From: Octopus sinensis
Lineage: Eukaryota
NCBI RefSeq assembly: GCF_006345805.1
Contig: NC_043005.1
Span: forward strand, 34,472,001-34,536,000
Direction of reading: 5' to 3'
Length of the DNA: 64,000 nt
Part shown: in pieces, positions 24,444-37,167 of the stretch
Layout: every line of letters starts with the position of its first letter
Position numbering within the stretch: the first letter of the stretch is position 1
Notes under the pieces: model-generated
Databases searched by the model: none
What the model was told of the DNA's origin: nothing
What the model saw: only the letters and a program-made list of their open reading frames with translations
Translations under genes and position numbers: made by a program

Positions 24444-24927
24444 GTGTGGCTGTGTGGTAAGGCGCAGGTGTGGCTGTGTGTTAAGAGAGAGAAAGAGAGA
24501 GAGAGAGCTAACATTATTTGCTGGAATACTAATATAGTGTAGGTTAGCAAGAGAGAAATATATGGATTCATATATGTATGCAAAATCTTCATGGAACCTA
24601 AATGCACTGTAAAACCAAATGCATTTGGCTATCCCTCTGTACATCTATTTATTTATGTCTTCCAGTTTTGAAAGCTTTAGTTAAAAATTCTTTTTACTAT
24701 CATCTAAAAGAATATTCAATACTAATGTATTTTTATGTTGTTCATTGGGGTAAAAGTCCAGTTTATCTCACATAGAAATATTCTTAAAAAAAGATAAAGA
24801 AAATATAAACTTTTTCCGTTTTTTATCTTTGTAACAACATTGAAAATTATTATGGTAATTATTTTCAAATATTTTTTATCTTATGAGACCGTCTTTTTAA
24901 ATGTTAAGTCTTTTCTCTCAATTGTAG

Positions 24928-25047
24928 TTACTTCGACAAAATGCTGATCTTCGGGCACGGTTATCTCGTATTCATACTGATTCTTCAGTTCCTGACTACA
25001 ATACTGGAATGGTTTCTAATTCACCTTTACCGTCCCCAGCAGATAAA
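24928..25047 (+). CDS. OSBPL3/6/7: ORP3/6/7-like exon: LLRQNADLRARLSRIHTDSSVPDYNTGMVSNSPLPSPADK
   Basis: TTGTAG acceptor, AAA|GTAAGA donor, 120 nt, phase 0-0. QNADLRARLSRIH resembles QNTDLKERLRRIH of ORP3. Confidence 0.9.
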
Positions 25048-25889
25048 GTAAGAAAGCTTTCTGTATTTTGTATTTTACAAGTGTTTGAGTTATAAATGTT
25101 CCAAAACCAATGGCATTATTTTATTGATGTTGTTACCTTAGTTAAATGGTTGAATATCTCAGAAGGCTCTGTGGTTTCCTGTCAAACTATACAGTTGCTA
25201 AAAAATGAAATACATTTGTAATAGGAAATATAGCCATAAACTGAACTGCAATTTCTATTATTTATTATTGCTCTTCTCTAATTTTAAACATTTTTGGCTG
25301 TATCTATTCTAGAATGTCACCATTGCTATTATATTTGTTTTGCAGAGATATTTAACAGAGGAGGGAAATTTGTAGGTACAGCCCATTGCTGTACTTCATA
25401 AGATATAATTAAATATTGTTACTTCATGTGATACTGTTCTCATCAATTTATCACACAAATTTTCTAAGTCTACTTCATGTAAATTTCTTGTATTTTGATT
25501 TATGTTGACTTTTACATTTTACCCTATTACAATACCAGATCCTTATCAGGATCTAATATTTAGAATGGTAGGCTAGAGGTAGGTGTTGTTCGGGAGGAAG
25601 GAATTATTTAAGCATGATGTGTTGTGAATTGATGCTGTTTCAAAATTGAACAAATAAAGAGCTCACACTTTGCTCCAGTCATCATATATCACTTGGTAAG
25701 CCACATTATTTGGCTTGTTTCAGATAAAGTTATCACACTGAAGAGATGGCCTCATTTGGTCAATATATCTCTCACTGGCCAACCCAATTCTAAGAAGGTA
25801 TCAAAGTGTGTAATACTACAACTTTGTAACAGTGGCAACATTATAAAAACAATTAATGTTTTTGTTCTTTTAGCTCATATATATATATA

Positions 25890-26986
25890 TCATCATCATC
25901 ATCATCATCGTTTAACGTCCGCTTTCCATGCTAGCATGGGTTGGACGGTTCAACTGGGGTCTGGGGAGCCCGAAGGCTGCACCAGGCCAGTCAGATCTGG
26001 CAGTGTTTCTACAGCTGGATGCCCTTCCTAACGCCAACCACTCCGAGAGTGTAGTGGGTGATTTTATGTGCCACCGACACAGGTGCCAGACGAGGCTGGC
26101 GAACGGCCACGCTCGGATGGTGTTTTTTATGTGCCACCGACACAAGTGACAGACGAGGCTGGCAGACGGCCACGCTCGGATGGTGTTCACCGACACATGT
26201 GCCAGACGAGGCTGGCGAATGGCCACGATCAGATGGTGTTTGTTACGTGCCCACAGCATGGAGGCCAGTCGATGCGGTACTGGCTACGGCCACGTTTGGA
26301 TGGTTTTCTTATGTGCCACCGGCACTGGTACCACAAAGATACAAATTCCATTGATGTTCATCTATTTTGATTTGGTTTGATTTGAGTTTCACTTGCCTCA
26401 ACAGGTCTTCACAAGTGTCACAAGAAGGAAGGTATACACAGGTGGACTGACTACGTCCCAGGTAGGGCCACGGGTTATGGCTTCACTAGTCTTGCCAGGT
26501 CTTCTCACGCACAGCATACTTCCATAGGTCTCAGTCTCTAGTCATTTCCTTGGTGAGACCTAAAGTTCGAAGGTCGTGCTTCACCACCTCGTCCCAGGTT
26601 TTCCTGGGTCTACCTCTTCCACAGGTTCCCTCAACTGCTAGGGTGTAGCACTTTTGCACACAACTATCTTCAGCCATTCTCGTCACATGACCATACCAGT
26701 GCAGCCGTCTCTCTTGCACACCACAACTGATGCTTCTTAGGTTCAACTTTTCTCTCAAGGTACTTACACTCTGTCGATTATGAACACTGACATTACACAT
26801 CCATCGGAGCATACTGGCTTCATTTCTTGTGAGCTTACGCATATCCTCAGCCGTCACGGCCCATGTTTCACTACCATGTAGCATGGCTGTACGTACACAT
26901 GCATCATACAGTCTGCCTTTTACTCTAAGCGAGAGGCCTTTTGTCACCAGCAGGGGTAAGAGCTCTCTAAACTTTGCCCAGGCTAT
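25890..26986 (-). mobile_element. RTE-clade LINE, 5'-truncated collinear copy of the same family as 2476-3974
   Basis: (CAT)n tail, 3' UTR with ~60-bp units, then ORF ...LYDACVRTAMLHGSETW...RRLHWYGH...RGRPRKTW on the minus strand. Confidence 0.95.
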
Positions 26987-27074
26987 TCAGAGTTTCAAAA
27001 ATGAGGTGCAAATTTATTTGGGTAAGCATTAGCACAACAAAAATGCTTTCCATGCATGGATAAGTATCCATTAA

Positions 27075-27920
27075 CCCCTTAATGGATCAATTATTTCGAA
27101 ATGGCATTTCATTTCAGAGCATATTTTTATTTCCTTTTTTAATTATATACACTGTGTTAATTATAAAAAAAAATTTTTTATCTTGTTTCCTTTATTTTTT
27201 ATTATAGAAATTAAAATGTACTTTTACTCATTTGGATTTAAACGATTAACTCGGACATTAAAAACAAACATATAACTTAACTATCTTTGATTTGTTATAA
27301 GATGTATTGCTTTTAAATCAAAGGAAATTTTTTTAAAAAATGAGATAATCAGTTTATTTAGAATGATAATTTTTAAAACAAGGAGTTACACACAAAGTTA
27401 TCTTGCAGACATCACACATTTATCTGCTTTCTCTTCGAATCTTCTTTCCTTCAGCATCTCTCTTCTCTGTGCATTTTGCACACTGTCTTGTAGGGTTCTT
27501 TTTCTTATCACTTGGTGGTATTTCCATAGGAAATTGACCAGCTGGGACAAATATTGTTTGATGTGGGATCGATGATGGTCTTCCTGGTTTTGTGGGAGGC
27601 AATAAGGGCCTATATTTTTCAATAATCTTGGTGATTATTTGCATTCTAAATTTCAGCAGTTTCATAGCAGAAGCTGAAGTTCCCAAAGATGCTTTATACA
27701 AAACATAAGCATTCCAGATAGCCAAATCCATCAAATGAAAAAATACTTTTTTTTTTTTAAATAATGCGAGTAAATTCATGATTGCTAAAAAATGAAGTGA
27801 CACAAAACAAATAAACTTGAGTGCTAAAATTGAAAGTTAATTTTGACCGAGTATACTCGTCTGGTTCTAAAAAGATACATTTGCGATGCATGAGTAAACT
27901 CAGGATAATCCATTAAGGGG
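27075..27920 (-). mobile_element. piggyBac internal-deletion derivative (846 bp)
   Basis: TTAA TSDs (27071-27074 / 27921-27924) and perfect 13-bp TIRs ccccttaatggat. C-terminal transposase remnant VFFHLMDLAIWNAYVLYK...LKFRMQI...NPTRQCAKC...R*MCDVCKITLCVTPCFKNYH (Cys-rich domain, one stop). Confidence 0.95.
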
Positions 27921-28106
27921 TTAAAACTCTATATATACACTTATGTATGTATAAAGTCTATGTAACATTTTCAGAGGTAATTTTCAAATATTTAAAATTG
28001 TGAAGTATCACCTACTTATTCTCCTGATTTCAAACAATGTGTATTTTTACTAACATTACATGTCATTATTTGCAGCTAATTTGTTTTCTTTTTCTGTTTC
28101 TGTTAG

Positions 28107-28220
28107 GAGGGCACTGAACATAATACGCTTACACAATCTTTCTCAGCTGAAAGCTGCTCAATGTCAGAATATTACGATGCTCCTGAAGCACTGGAATCCC
28201 AAAGTGACACTACATCTGAA
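28107..28220 (+). CDS. OSBPL3/6/7: ORP3/6/7-like exon with FFAT-like motif: EGTEHNTLTQSFSAESCSMSEYYDAPEALESQSDTTSE
   Basis: TGTTAG acceptor, GAA|GTAAGT donor, 114 nt, phase 0-0. EYYDAPE (28167-28187) sits at the position of the EFFDAxE motif. Confidence 0.9.
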
Positions 28221-28349
28221 GTAAGTTGGTTTTTAACTATTTTTTTATCAATCTGATATCAATGATACATTATTTTACTGGTCATGATTCTGTGTAGTTT
28301 AACCTTATTGGATTTACCTTCATTATTCCTTCCTGTGTCTTCATCTTCT

Positions 28350-29680
28350 GTAAGTTCCTTGATCACTTGGTATTTCTTTGCCCAACACTCATCCTCTGTA
28401 TGAGCACATGTCCATCCCAGCAGAGTTTCCTCTCTTGTACACTACAACTGATTCCAATTACATCCAGTTTTTTTTCTTTTTTTTTAGCTTCTCCCAGTTC
28501 ATTTGTACTCCATTGTTCATGCTCACTAACATTACACATCCAGCAGAATATGCCTTTCAAGATTTTGCTCACTCTCTATATTTAATGTCCATTTTTTGAT
28601 ATGATGCAACATCCACTACATATGCAAACATGATAAAATCTGCTCTCAACTTAGAGAACTTTTTCCACTCTCTTCTTTTGGCTAACATGGTTTCAGAATA
28701 CCCACCTTCACTGCTAATTTAGTCTCCTAGGTAACAGAAATAATCACCTACTTCTGAGGACCCTTATAAACATTTGGAGAAATTAATTTTATGGGTCCTC
28801 TTACATCACTAGCTAGTCTTATGCATCTTCTACACTCAAAGTCCTTGTCTATTAGTTTGCTTGTGATCCTGCTGTTCCTTTTGTGCACCCATAAGTTACA
28901 TGGACATACCTATTGTGCATATTGAGCAGGGTCACTTCCAGAATGCATTCTTCTCTCTTGCTGTCAAAAGCACCCATAAGTTACATGAACATACCTATTG
29001 TGCATATTGAGCAGGGTCACTTCAGAATGCATTCTTCTCTCTTGCTGTCAAAAGCTTTTGTCTTTATTTTAAGGTCCTGTGATTCTATGCTTTGCTTCCA
29101 TGTTTGAAATTTCTCTTTTAATTCTTCAACACACTCATCATCATCATCATCAGTTATGAGAATTAGGTCTTCATCATACAGAAGTTTCCACTGCTATCTC
29201 CTGGATACCTATCAATGATGAACAGAAGGGATTAAAACAGGAGTCCTGACAAACACCTGTTTGAATACTAAATTCCTGATCAAACTCATAGCTAACTCTC
29301 ACTTTACTAATAGCATCTCTGTACACAACTGCCTTGGCTCTCACAAGCTTTTCATCCACTCCTAACTTTCTTAGTGCTTGCCTGACTACAATGTGGAACT
29401 CTGTCAGGGGTATTCTATTGGTGAACAAATGCTAGATCAAAATTCTTTGTTGAGTTACCAATCAGCTTTATGAAAATCCCAATAGAGATTGTTGTCCACC
29501 TTCTCCAGCACTGTTATGAACACCTAGAATGTTTAAAACCTTCAAAAATATTTGAACAACATGGACAAAATAACTCACAACATGCCTTGAATGCTGTGCT
29601 GTGTTTCCCTCTCATAAAGATTGCAAAACAGTACTAAACCAGATAAAAGCATGACAGATATAAGTCATAAGGCTAACAGG
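28350..29680 (-). mobile_element. Old, fragmented RTE LINE relic (RT, PHD remnant, thumb) with an 85-bp tandem duplication (28885-29053)
   Basis: ALRKLGVDEKLVRA..YRDAISKVRV..FSIQTGV.Q.S, PCSIC..WVHKR.S and ERKLCWDGHV fragments. Confidence 0.75.
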
Positions 29681-30042
29681 TTTAAACAGTTTTTGCTTAC
29701 TTTCATATCAAGACTGCTCATGTAGAACTGATCATGGCTTTTCTGTAATAACAGTTCAATATTACTTATGTTGTCATCATCATTGCTGTTATTACCAACA
29801 TCATTATTGCTCCTACCAACACCACCACCACCATCTTCATTTTCATTGTTTCCATCATTATTGGCTTTATCATCAACACTGTCATTTCTGTCATCATTGT
29901 CAACATCATCATTTTGACTAACATTAAGGACTTCCAATATGATAATTCAAAAGGGAAGCTTTTCACTCATGTTTAAGAGAAATTATTTGAGCTAAATACA
30001 CCAACATTGTTGTAGTATTAGTTCAGAATATTTGCAAAGATA

Positions 30043-30489
30043 TACAGTTATTTCTTAGAGATCCTCTCTGTAAGTCACAAATAACTCTACTTCAAGCTTC
30101 CTAGCTGATAATAACAGCCAAAAATAACTGCCACTTCTACCTAGTGACCAGTCACAACAAAAGGACATTTTACATTTATCCACGTGTAAATAGCTAAACT
30201 TCACAAATGTATTTGTACTTTTACTTATGTAGCAAGAGTATAAACGACTAAGATTTGATTTTAATCTTTTACTCTTTGATTATGTTTTCTACTCTTACTA
30301 ATTACTATTACTAATAATAATAATAATAATAATTCTTTGTTACACTACTGCCTCCTTACTCAATTAGGACTGTTAATACTATGTACTTATTAATGGTGTT
30401 CTGATAATAATTTCAATGTTAGTCACCTGTAAATTAACCGTTCAAATTTTATTTCGGAGTGAATCTATCCAAGCCAAGCTAACATAGAA
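30043..30489 (+). repeat. Copy 1 of an unassigned ~450-bp direct repeat
   Basis: Aligns by eye with 32587-33061 over its whole length. Confidence 0.9.
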
Positions 30490-30699
30490 GTTAGTTTCCA
30501 GTTGACTTTCATTTTCATTAAGATTTATCTTAGAATAATAAAAAAGAGTTGGTTCTTATTTCACAGGTACACAGAATCTGTAGAATGATAATTCTCTACA
30601 ATAGAAAAAAAAAATTATCAAAATTTGATAAGTTAGTCATAGAAAAAGCAGTAGTCTAGAACTGTATCTGCTTGTTAATTGTGAATACAGTAAGGTTGC

Positions 30700-30820
30700 A
30701 TGTATGCATATATATATGTATGCATATATATATGTATGCATATGTATGCATATATATATGTATGCATATATGCATATATATATGTATGCATATATATATG
30801 TATGCATATATATATGCATG
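30700..30820. repeat. (TATGCATA)-type microsatellite
   Basis: Direct reading. Confidence 0.9.
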
Positions 30821-31855
30821 CAAGTGAGTGTGCGTATATGTGAAGTACCACAAAAAAACACCTGGAACATACTGCAGTCCTCTGACTCATGGGTCCTATT
30901 AAAAAAAAAACATATTAAATGCCAATGGCGATGTATATATATATATATATATGAAGATATTGAGATTATATGTCTATCATTTTTAGGTATTTTTGATGAC
31001 TTTAATTCCTACTCATACCTTTAAACACATTAATGGTTGTTTTATTCATTATCAGTTATCAGCCTAAATGAATCAATGATACAAATACTAGATCAGTTAA
31101 AAACAATTCTCTATAGGAATACCAGACTATTAAATGGTTGGTATAATGATTGATTGGGTCAGAGCCAATTGAAATGGTATCTTTCTAGAATTGTTTTGTT
31201 GTCATCACTTAAATTTGTCATAGAATTTCAGGTGAGTTAAGTATCTTGTTCCAACATCTATTTTAATAACTTCACTAGGATACTAGCTTAAAATTGAAGA
31301 ACCAATAGTGGGAACTATTCTACCTTATTGAGTACAAAGCAGCCAATACTGATTGGTCAAAACATGTTCATGTAGGTGTTCATACCTTTTATGACAATAC
31401 AATTCATTTCTCAAAGCTGAGAACTATAGTCAGGCCATGCTTTTACACTTGGAATCTCAGATGGTGAGAGGGTTAAAAAACTAGGGAGAAGTCTTGTTGC
31501 AGAACAAATAAACTAACAGACTTCATTTAAAGAGCACCTGTTTTCCAGTTTCCTTACCAGACTTCACATTCTTCACCTATATTTATTGACAAGACTCAAC
31601 ACATATACACACACACACACACATGGATGTGATGTGTTTCTGCACAGTTTCCATCTGTCAGATTCCATTCACAAAGTATTAGTTAACCTAACACTACATT
31701 AAAAAGAAGCTTGCCCGAAGTGTCATGCAGTAGGGACAAATTGGAAATTACGCATTTATGAATTAAATTTCTCACTCTAGCCAAGCCTGTCTTGTTACTA
31801 AACTAAATATCATTGAAGCACTCTAAATATTATGGATATTAAACAGAATTTTACA

Positions 31856-32250
31856 AGCACAGGTGTGGCTGTGTGGTAAGAAGCTTGCTACTTAACCACA
31901 TGATTCCAGGTTCAGTCCCACTGTGTGGCACCTTGGGGAAGTGTCTCCTACTATAGTTTCAGGCTGGCCAAATCCTTGTGAGTGGCTTTGGTTGCCAGAA
32001 ACTGAAAGAAGCCCATTGTGTGTGTGTCTTTGTGTCTGTGCTTATCTCACCCACTGTTTGACAACTGTTATTGGTGTTTTTATGTCCTCATAACTTAGCA
32101 GTTCAGCAATAAGTAACCAATAGAATAAGAACCAGGCTTAGCAAAAAATTTAAGTATTGGAGGTCAATTCATTGATTAAAGATTCATCAAGGCAGTGCCC
32201 CAGCAAGGCCACAGTCTAATGACTGAAACAAATAAAAGATAAAAGATAAA
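31856..32250 (+). mobile_element. tRNA-derived SINE (major family), near full length
   Basis: Head gcacaggtgtggctgtgtggtaagaagcttgc, core ccttggggaagtgtct, tail gactgaaacaaataaaagataaaaga. Confidence 0.9.
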
Positions 32251-32586
32251 TACAAAAATATAAATAATGTTTTTAACCATTAGACACAAAATCTCAGCTA
32301 TCGTATGACAAAAGACAAATGTAACTAAGTGCATAAACATGACAGGTGAAATGATATCAAACAGGTATCAAAATTAGAGCAATGGTCTCAATTTACTGAG
32401 AAGTTATAGTCCCTCCTGCATACAAATGCCATTAAACTAAATACGATACAGGTAAAAATGATAAAAATTTAGTTCTTTTTTTAATTTTTAAAGCAGTAAT
32501 AATGTTATAAAATAAAAATATCTAATGAGAAGTAAAAAGTTTTTTATTAATTAACCTTAAATTATAATTTCAAACATACTTTGTGC

Positions 32587-33061
32587 TACAGTTATTTCTT
32601 GGAGATCTTCTCAGTAAGTCATAAATAACTCTACTTCAAGCTTCCTAGCTGAAAATAACCGCCACTCCTACTTTGTGACCAGTCACAACAAAAGGACATT
32701 TTTTAGTTATTCACATGTAAATAGCTAAACTTCACAAATGTATTTGTACTTTTACTCATGTAGCAAGTGTATAAACGACTGTAAGATTTGATTTTAATTT
32801 TTTACACTTTGATTATGTTTTCTATTCTTACTGATTACTATTACTAATAATTATAATAATAATAATAATTCTTTGTAACACTACTACCTCCTTACACAAT
32901 TAGGAGATAAATCTAATGTTTAAAAATGTTCAATCATAACTGTTAATACTATGTACTTATTAACAGTATTCTGATAATAATTTCAATGTTAGTCACCTGT
33001 AAATTAACTGTTCAAATTTTATTTTTTAGAGTGAATCTATCCAAGCCAAGCTAACATAGAA
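32587..33061 (+). repeat. Copy 2 of the unassigned ~450-bp direct repeat
   Basis: Aligns with 30043-30489 and has an extra ~33-bp segment. Confidence 0.9.
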
Positions 33062-33397
33062 ACAACACATATTAAACAATCAAATTCATAAAGCAGAAAT
33101 TTCCAAAGAAATTTAAAAATGAAGCCATTATATATATTTAGTTAATATCAATGTTAATTTTTTTTCTTTTGTGGTTGCAAATTAACAAATTACATAAATT
33201 TCTCTAATTTGTTATAAACTTAACCAATTTTGGTCATTACCTTATGAAGAGATTCATTGCTGTTAGAATACAATTATTTCTGTTTCTATTTATGTAACAT
33301 TCTTTTCATTGATAAAACTTTGACTTGTATTCACACCGAAACAATGTTCATCACTTGGAAGTCTATTTAAGTTTATGGTGTAGCACTGTAGCCCTCC

Positions 33398-33440
<43 letters not shown>

Positions 33441-33820
33441 AGTGCATTACTATCATTTCCAACAATTTGTTTTGTATGCCGGCCTGTTGTTGCTTGGCCT
33501 GGTATTAGCTTGAAACTGAGTGGGGTTGCTTGCTAAACCAGTTTCTGTGTCATAGCTGACACTTGCTCTGTACTAAAATTCTTTCCTCTGATATATCTTC
33601 CTCCAGTGAATTACATTCAGTGGTTTATCCCAAACAGACTAAAATCTTACAGGAAAGCTCTCTTTACTAGTAATACTTGGCTGGCAGTTTAATTAGTAAG
33701 AAGCTTTAATTACTATTCTTGTTTGCTCTAGGCGGTAGCAAAATGTTATAAGAATACTTAACATGTTGGGGATGGGGGTTAAAAGCCAACTGTTAATATT
33801 GTCTAATTTATTTCTTACAG

Positions 33821-33890
33821 GCCTCTGATGAACCTTCTAGTGAGATCTCTGATGAAGGCAATGAAACTGATTACAACAGCAAAATTAGTA
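33821..33890 (+). CDS. OSBPL3/6/7: ORP3/6/7-like acidic linker exon: ASDEPSSEISDEGNETDYNSKIS
   Basis: TTACAG acceptor, A|GTAAGT donor. Phase 0 to 1 fits both neighbours. Confidence 0.85.
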
Positions 33891-34447
33891 GTAAGTATGC
33901 TTGGATTTTAAACTATCTCAGATAATTGTAATTGTGAGTACACTTTATGTAAAGCATGTATAAGGATAGATACATTAGAGCATAATATTCATTTAATTAT
34001 ATCCAGAGATACCTAAAGAATGTTCCTTTGTTTAGTGATTCTTCTTGTTTTATCTCTAATTAGATTAAACAGATTGTTGACTCAAACCTGGACAGTTACC
34101 TGGAACATGAACCAACTCTTCAAGACATTTTTCTTAGTTACTGGTGTCTTAATTAAGAATAGTGTTTATTAAGGTTCTCAGATAAATTCCTCAATAGTTG
34201 TGTATGTATTAGAGAGATTTGTTTAAAATTAATAATCACCTAATACTTAAATGACCTAATAAAACTTCATGTGTCCAGTATTGGTCATAAACAGAAAACT
34301 GTTTACTGACATCCCTTTATTTATCACAGTTCTTAGATACAGTGTTATACAGTAATATCAGATTCCTTTGTTAGGAATATGAATATTTAGCAAGCAGTAT
34401 TATGCAAAATTTCATAGTATTGCTAGCTGGGATAACTAACTAAATAT

Positions 34448-34495
<48 letters not shown>

Positions 34496-35389
34496 CATAC
34501 ATACACACACACACACATATATATATATATATTGTTATATTTCGGAATGGTCATTATGCCAGTTTAGCCAATAATTATACAGGCTAGACTAACATTTTAT
34601 CACTGACCTAGTTAAATATGACATACTCTGGTTGAACCATGTTACCCTGTCTTGGCTTTCTACCTCTGATTTGTATTTCTGTATGTGGAATCATATTCAA
34701 CATTGATAACTTTTTAAAATGACTTGTAGTAAAATAGTCAAGTTACAAGCTAAATCCTATATTTTCTTAATTTATAAGATTGACATCATCCTAAAGGGTC
34801 TCTCTAGATAGAAGTGTAGCTTGTCTTGAAGTTTGTGACTTAAAACTACAAATTTTACTTCTACCAACTGCTAAATGTTTACTGAAAAACAATAAGCATG
34901 ACATCACAGCTTGTCATGATGCAGTCTTCTAACTTGACAGTTCTTGTGAAACCATCCTATCCATGTTGCCAGCTTGGAAAGTGGACATTGAATGATGATA
35001 TGGAATCTTATTTGATATATAAAACTGTTCTGAACATATTTACTATATTGTTGTATGGCTAAATATCTTTGAAACATACATGCCTTAGATTAAACATTAA
35101 ACTCAGTTCCACTAACAAACATTTAATAATTTATCAATACAAGGTTTTATTTAAGATTTATTATCTTATGTTTGTTGTGCTAACAATTAGTGTACAGAAG
35201 ACATAACTAGATCACTTAAATCTGTAGAAGTTGAGGAGTTATTCATTTTCTTATCAAGTATACGTTTCCCAGAAGAAAACTGAATTTATTTATAATGATG
35301 ATGTGAATGATGGTAATTTATCTGATTATTAAATATTGACTGACTGAAAATAGCTGTAATGCCATTGACATAAGACCATTTCATTTCAG

Positions 35390-35565
35390 TGTCGGAAGGA
35401 GAGTTGTCTCGGTCCTTTCAGACAGGTCGACGTTCCAAGCTACCAGTTCCAAAACCCGATACAGGTGATGTTAGTCTGTGGAATCTTCTATGCAAAAATA
35501 TCGGAAAGGATCTTACAAAGATTTCTATGCCTGTCACTTTAAATGAACCATTGAGTTCTTTACAA
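35390..35565 (+). CDS. OSBPL3/6/7: ORD N-terminus/lid exon: (M)[58 protein letters not shown]
   Basis: TTTCAG acceptor, CAA|GTAAGT donor. Conserved SLW..L.KNIGKDL.KISMPV.LNEPLS.LQ motif of OSBP family proteins. Confidence 0.97.
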
Positions 35566-36571
35566 GTAAGTGTTAATAATAATTTAAAATGTATACTTAC
35601 ATACAGCAAGGTTAAATGTATAACTTATGTCTATCTTCACTATACACATGGACATTGGTAGTTACTGCACAAAGGCTGTCATCAGTATTAAATTAAGGTT
35701 AGGCCTGGTTTTCTCTACAAATACACCACAAGATGGAAAGTTCGCTTTTTGTTATATAAGACAACCTTCAATTTTGGTGTGATTTTGGGGCTCTAAAAGG
35801 TTGTCTTTTTGAAATATACAGTACTTAAAACTTTAAATACATGTTGTCTAAATACATGTTTGCATTGGTTGTACTTTGGTATATATAAAAAATGGTACTA
35901 AAATGGATGTTTCCTGCCACTTATATGTATATTCATATATAGTTATATTTTCAAAAAAACTATTTAGCTGTCTCACACAGCTCTGATTCTCAATGACTCT
36001 CCCTTACCTTTTGGCATTCCCTTTCCCATACTAACAAATCAATCAACGTTTTATAATAATTGCTCTTATTACAGGCACAGGTTGTATTGTTAAGAAGTTC
36101 ACAGCTGCAAGTGTCTTCTACCACAGCATTGAGTTGACCACTAGCTCTTCAGTGAAATTTGGTAGACATAAAGTGTATGGAAACCCTGCAAAGAGACTAA
36201 CTTTGTTTTGTTTTTTTTATCTGTGACCAAGTTTAACACTACTCTCTGGCCCTTGGGTTCCTTCACTGCAGTCCAGTCAGACTAGATCTGTGGTATGAAG
36301 ATAACTTCTTCCTCTTACCATTTCAGAAGCCTTAAGTCATGGGTCTTAGCCTTCCTTCTATAACCATATCACAAAAATATCTTTAATCTATTTGCTGAGA
36401 TATTAGAATAAATACTAATACATACATATTTATGTTAGAATCATTTAATTGATGGATAGCAAATAGGTTTGGTTACAACTATATTCATTTTTAGTTTGAT
36501 TGCAACTATACTTAATATTTGGCTTGGACTGGCTACAAATATCCTAACATTTATTTATGTATTTGTTTCAG

Positions 36572-36646
36572 CGATTATGTGAAGAATTGGAGTATAGTGA
36601 GTTGCTGGATAAGGCCTCTGAATTTGATGATCCTCTAGAACGAATG
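36572..36646 (+). CDS. OSBPL3/6/7: ORD exon: RLCEELEYSELLDKASEFDDPLERM, followed by a GC-AG intron
   Basis: TTTCAG acceptor. RLCEELEYSELLDKA is identical to ORP3 as I recall it. The frame requires the donor ATG|GCAAGT. Confidence 0.95.
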
Positions 36647-37029
36647 GCAAGTGGTTTATATTATCAAAAAAATAAAGAATATTACAATTCTAAAATTGTG
36701 AAACAATATTTAAAGTGTCACTACTTAATAACAAATGTTACTTTTGTTGTTTAAAAATTATCTCAAATTTGTAAATCTGTTTCATAGTTCTGAAATATGG
36801 GTGTAAAAATCTATCAGTAAAGCATCAAGTCTTTAATGTATTTGGCCAACATGCTTAACAAATGTTCAGTATCACTTTAAGGAATAAATTTATGTAAAAT
36901 TAAACAATTTCTCTTTTTGTTAAAATAAAAAGGAAAAGTCTACAAATATTGTTTGATAAAATGATTTAATAATTTTTCGATAAATATATTAGAAATTGTT
37001 ATATGTATTTTCTTTTGTTTATTATCCAG

Positions 37030-37167
37030 ATTTATTTAGCAGCATTTGCTGTCAGTTGCTATGCAAGCTCAGCACATCGTGCTGGTCACAAACCATTTAA
37101 TCCAATCCTAGGAGAGACATATGAATGTATTCGAGAAGATAAAGGATGGCGTTTTATTTCTGAACAG
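37030..37167 (+). CDS. OSBPL3/6/7: ORD exon: [46 protein letters not shown]
   Basis: ATCCAG acceptor, CAG|GTTAAC donor. KPFNPxLGETYE motif. Confidence 0.97.

Noticed and set aside
29665-29966. Asp/Asn-rich and Met-rich ORFs
   Set aside because: Degenerate (CAT/CAA)n low-complexity tract without splice context.
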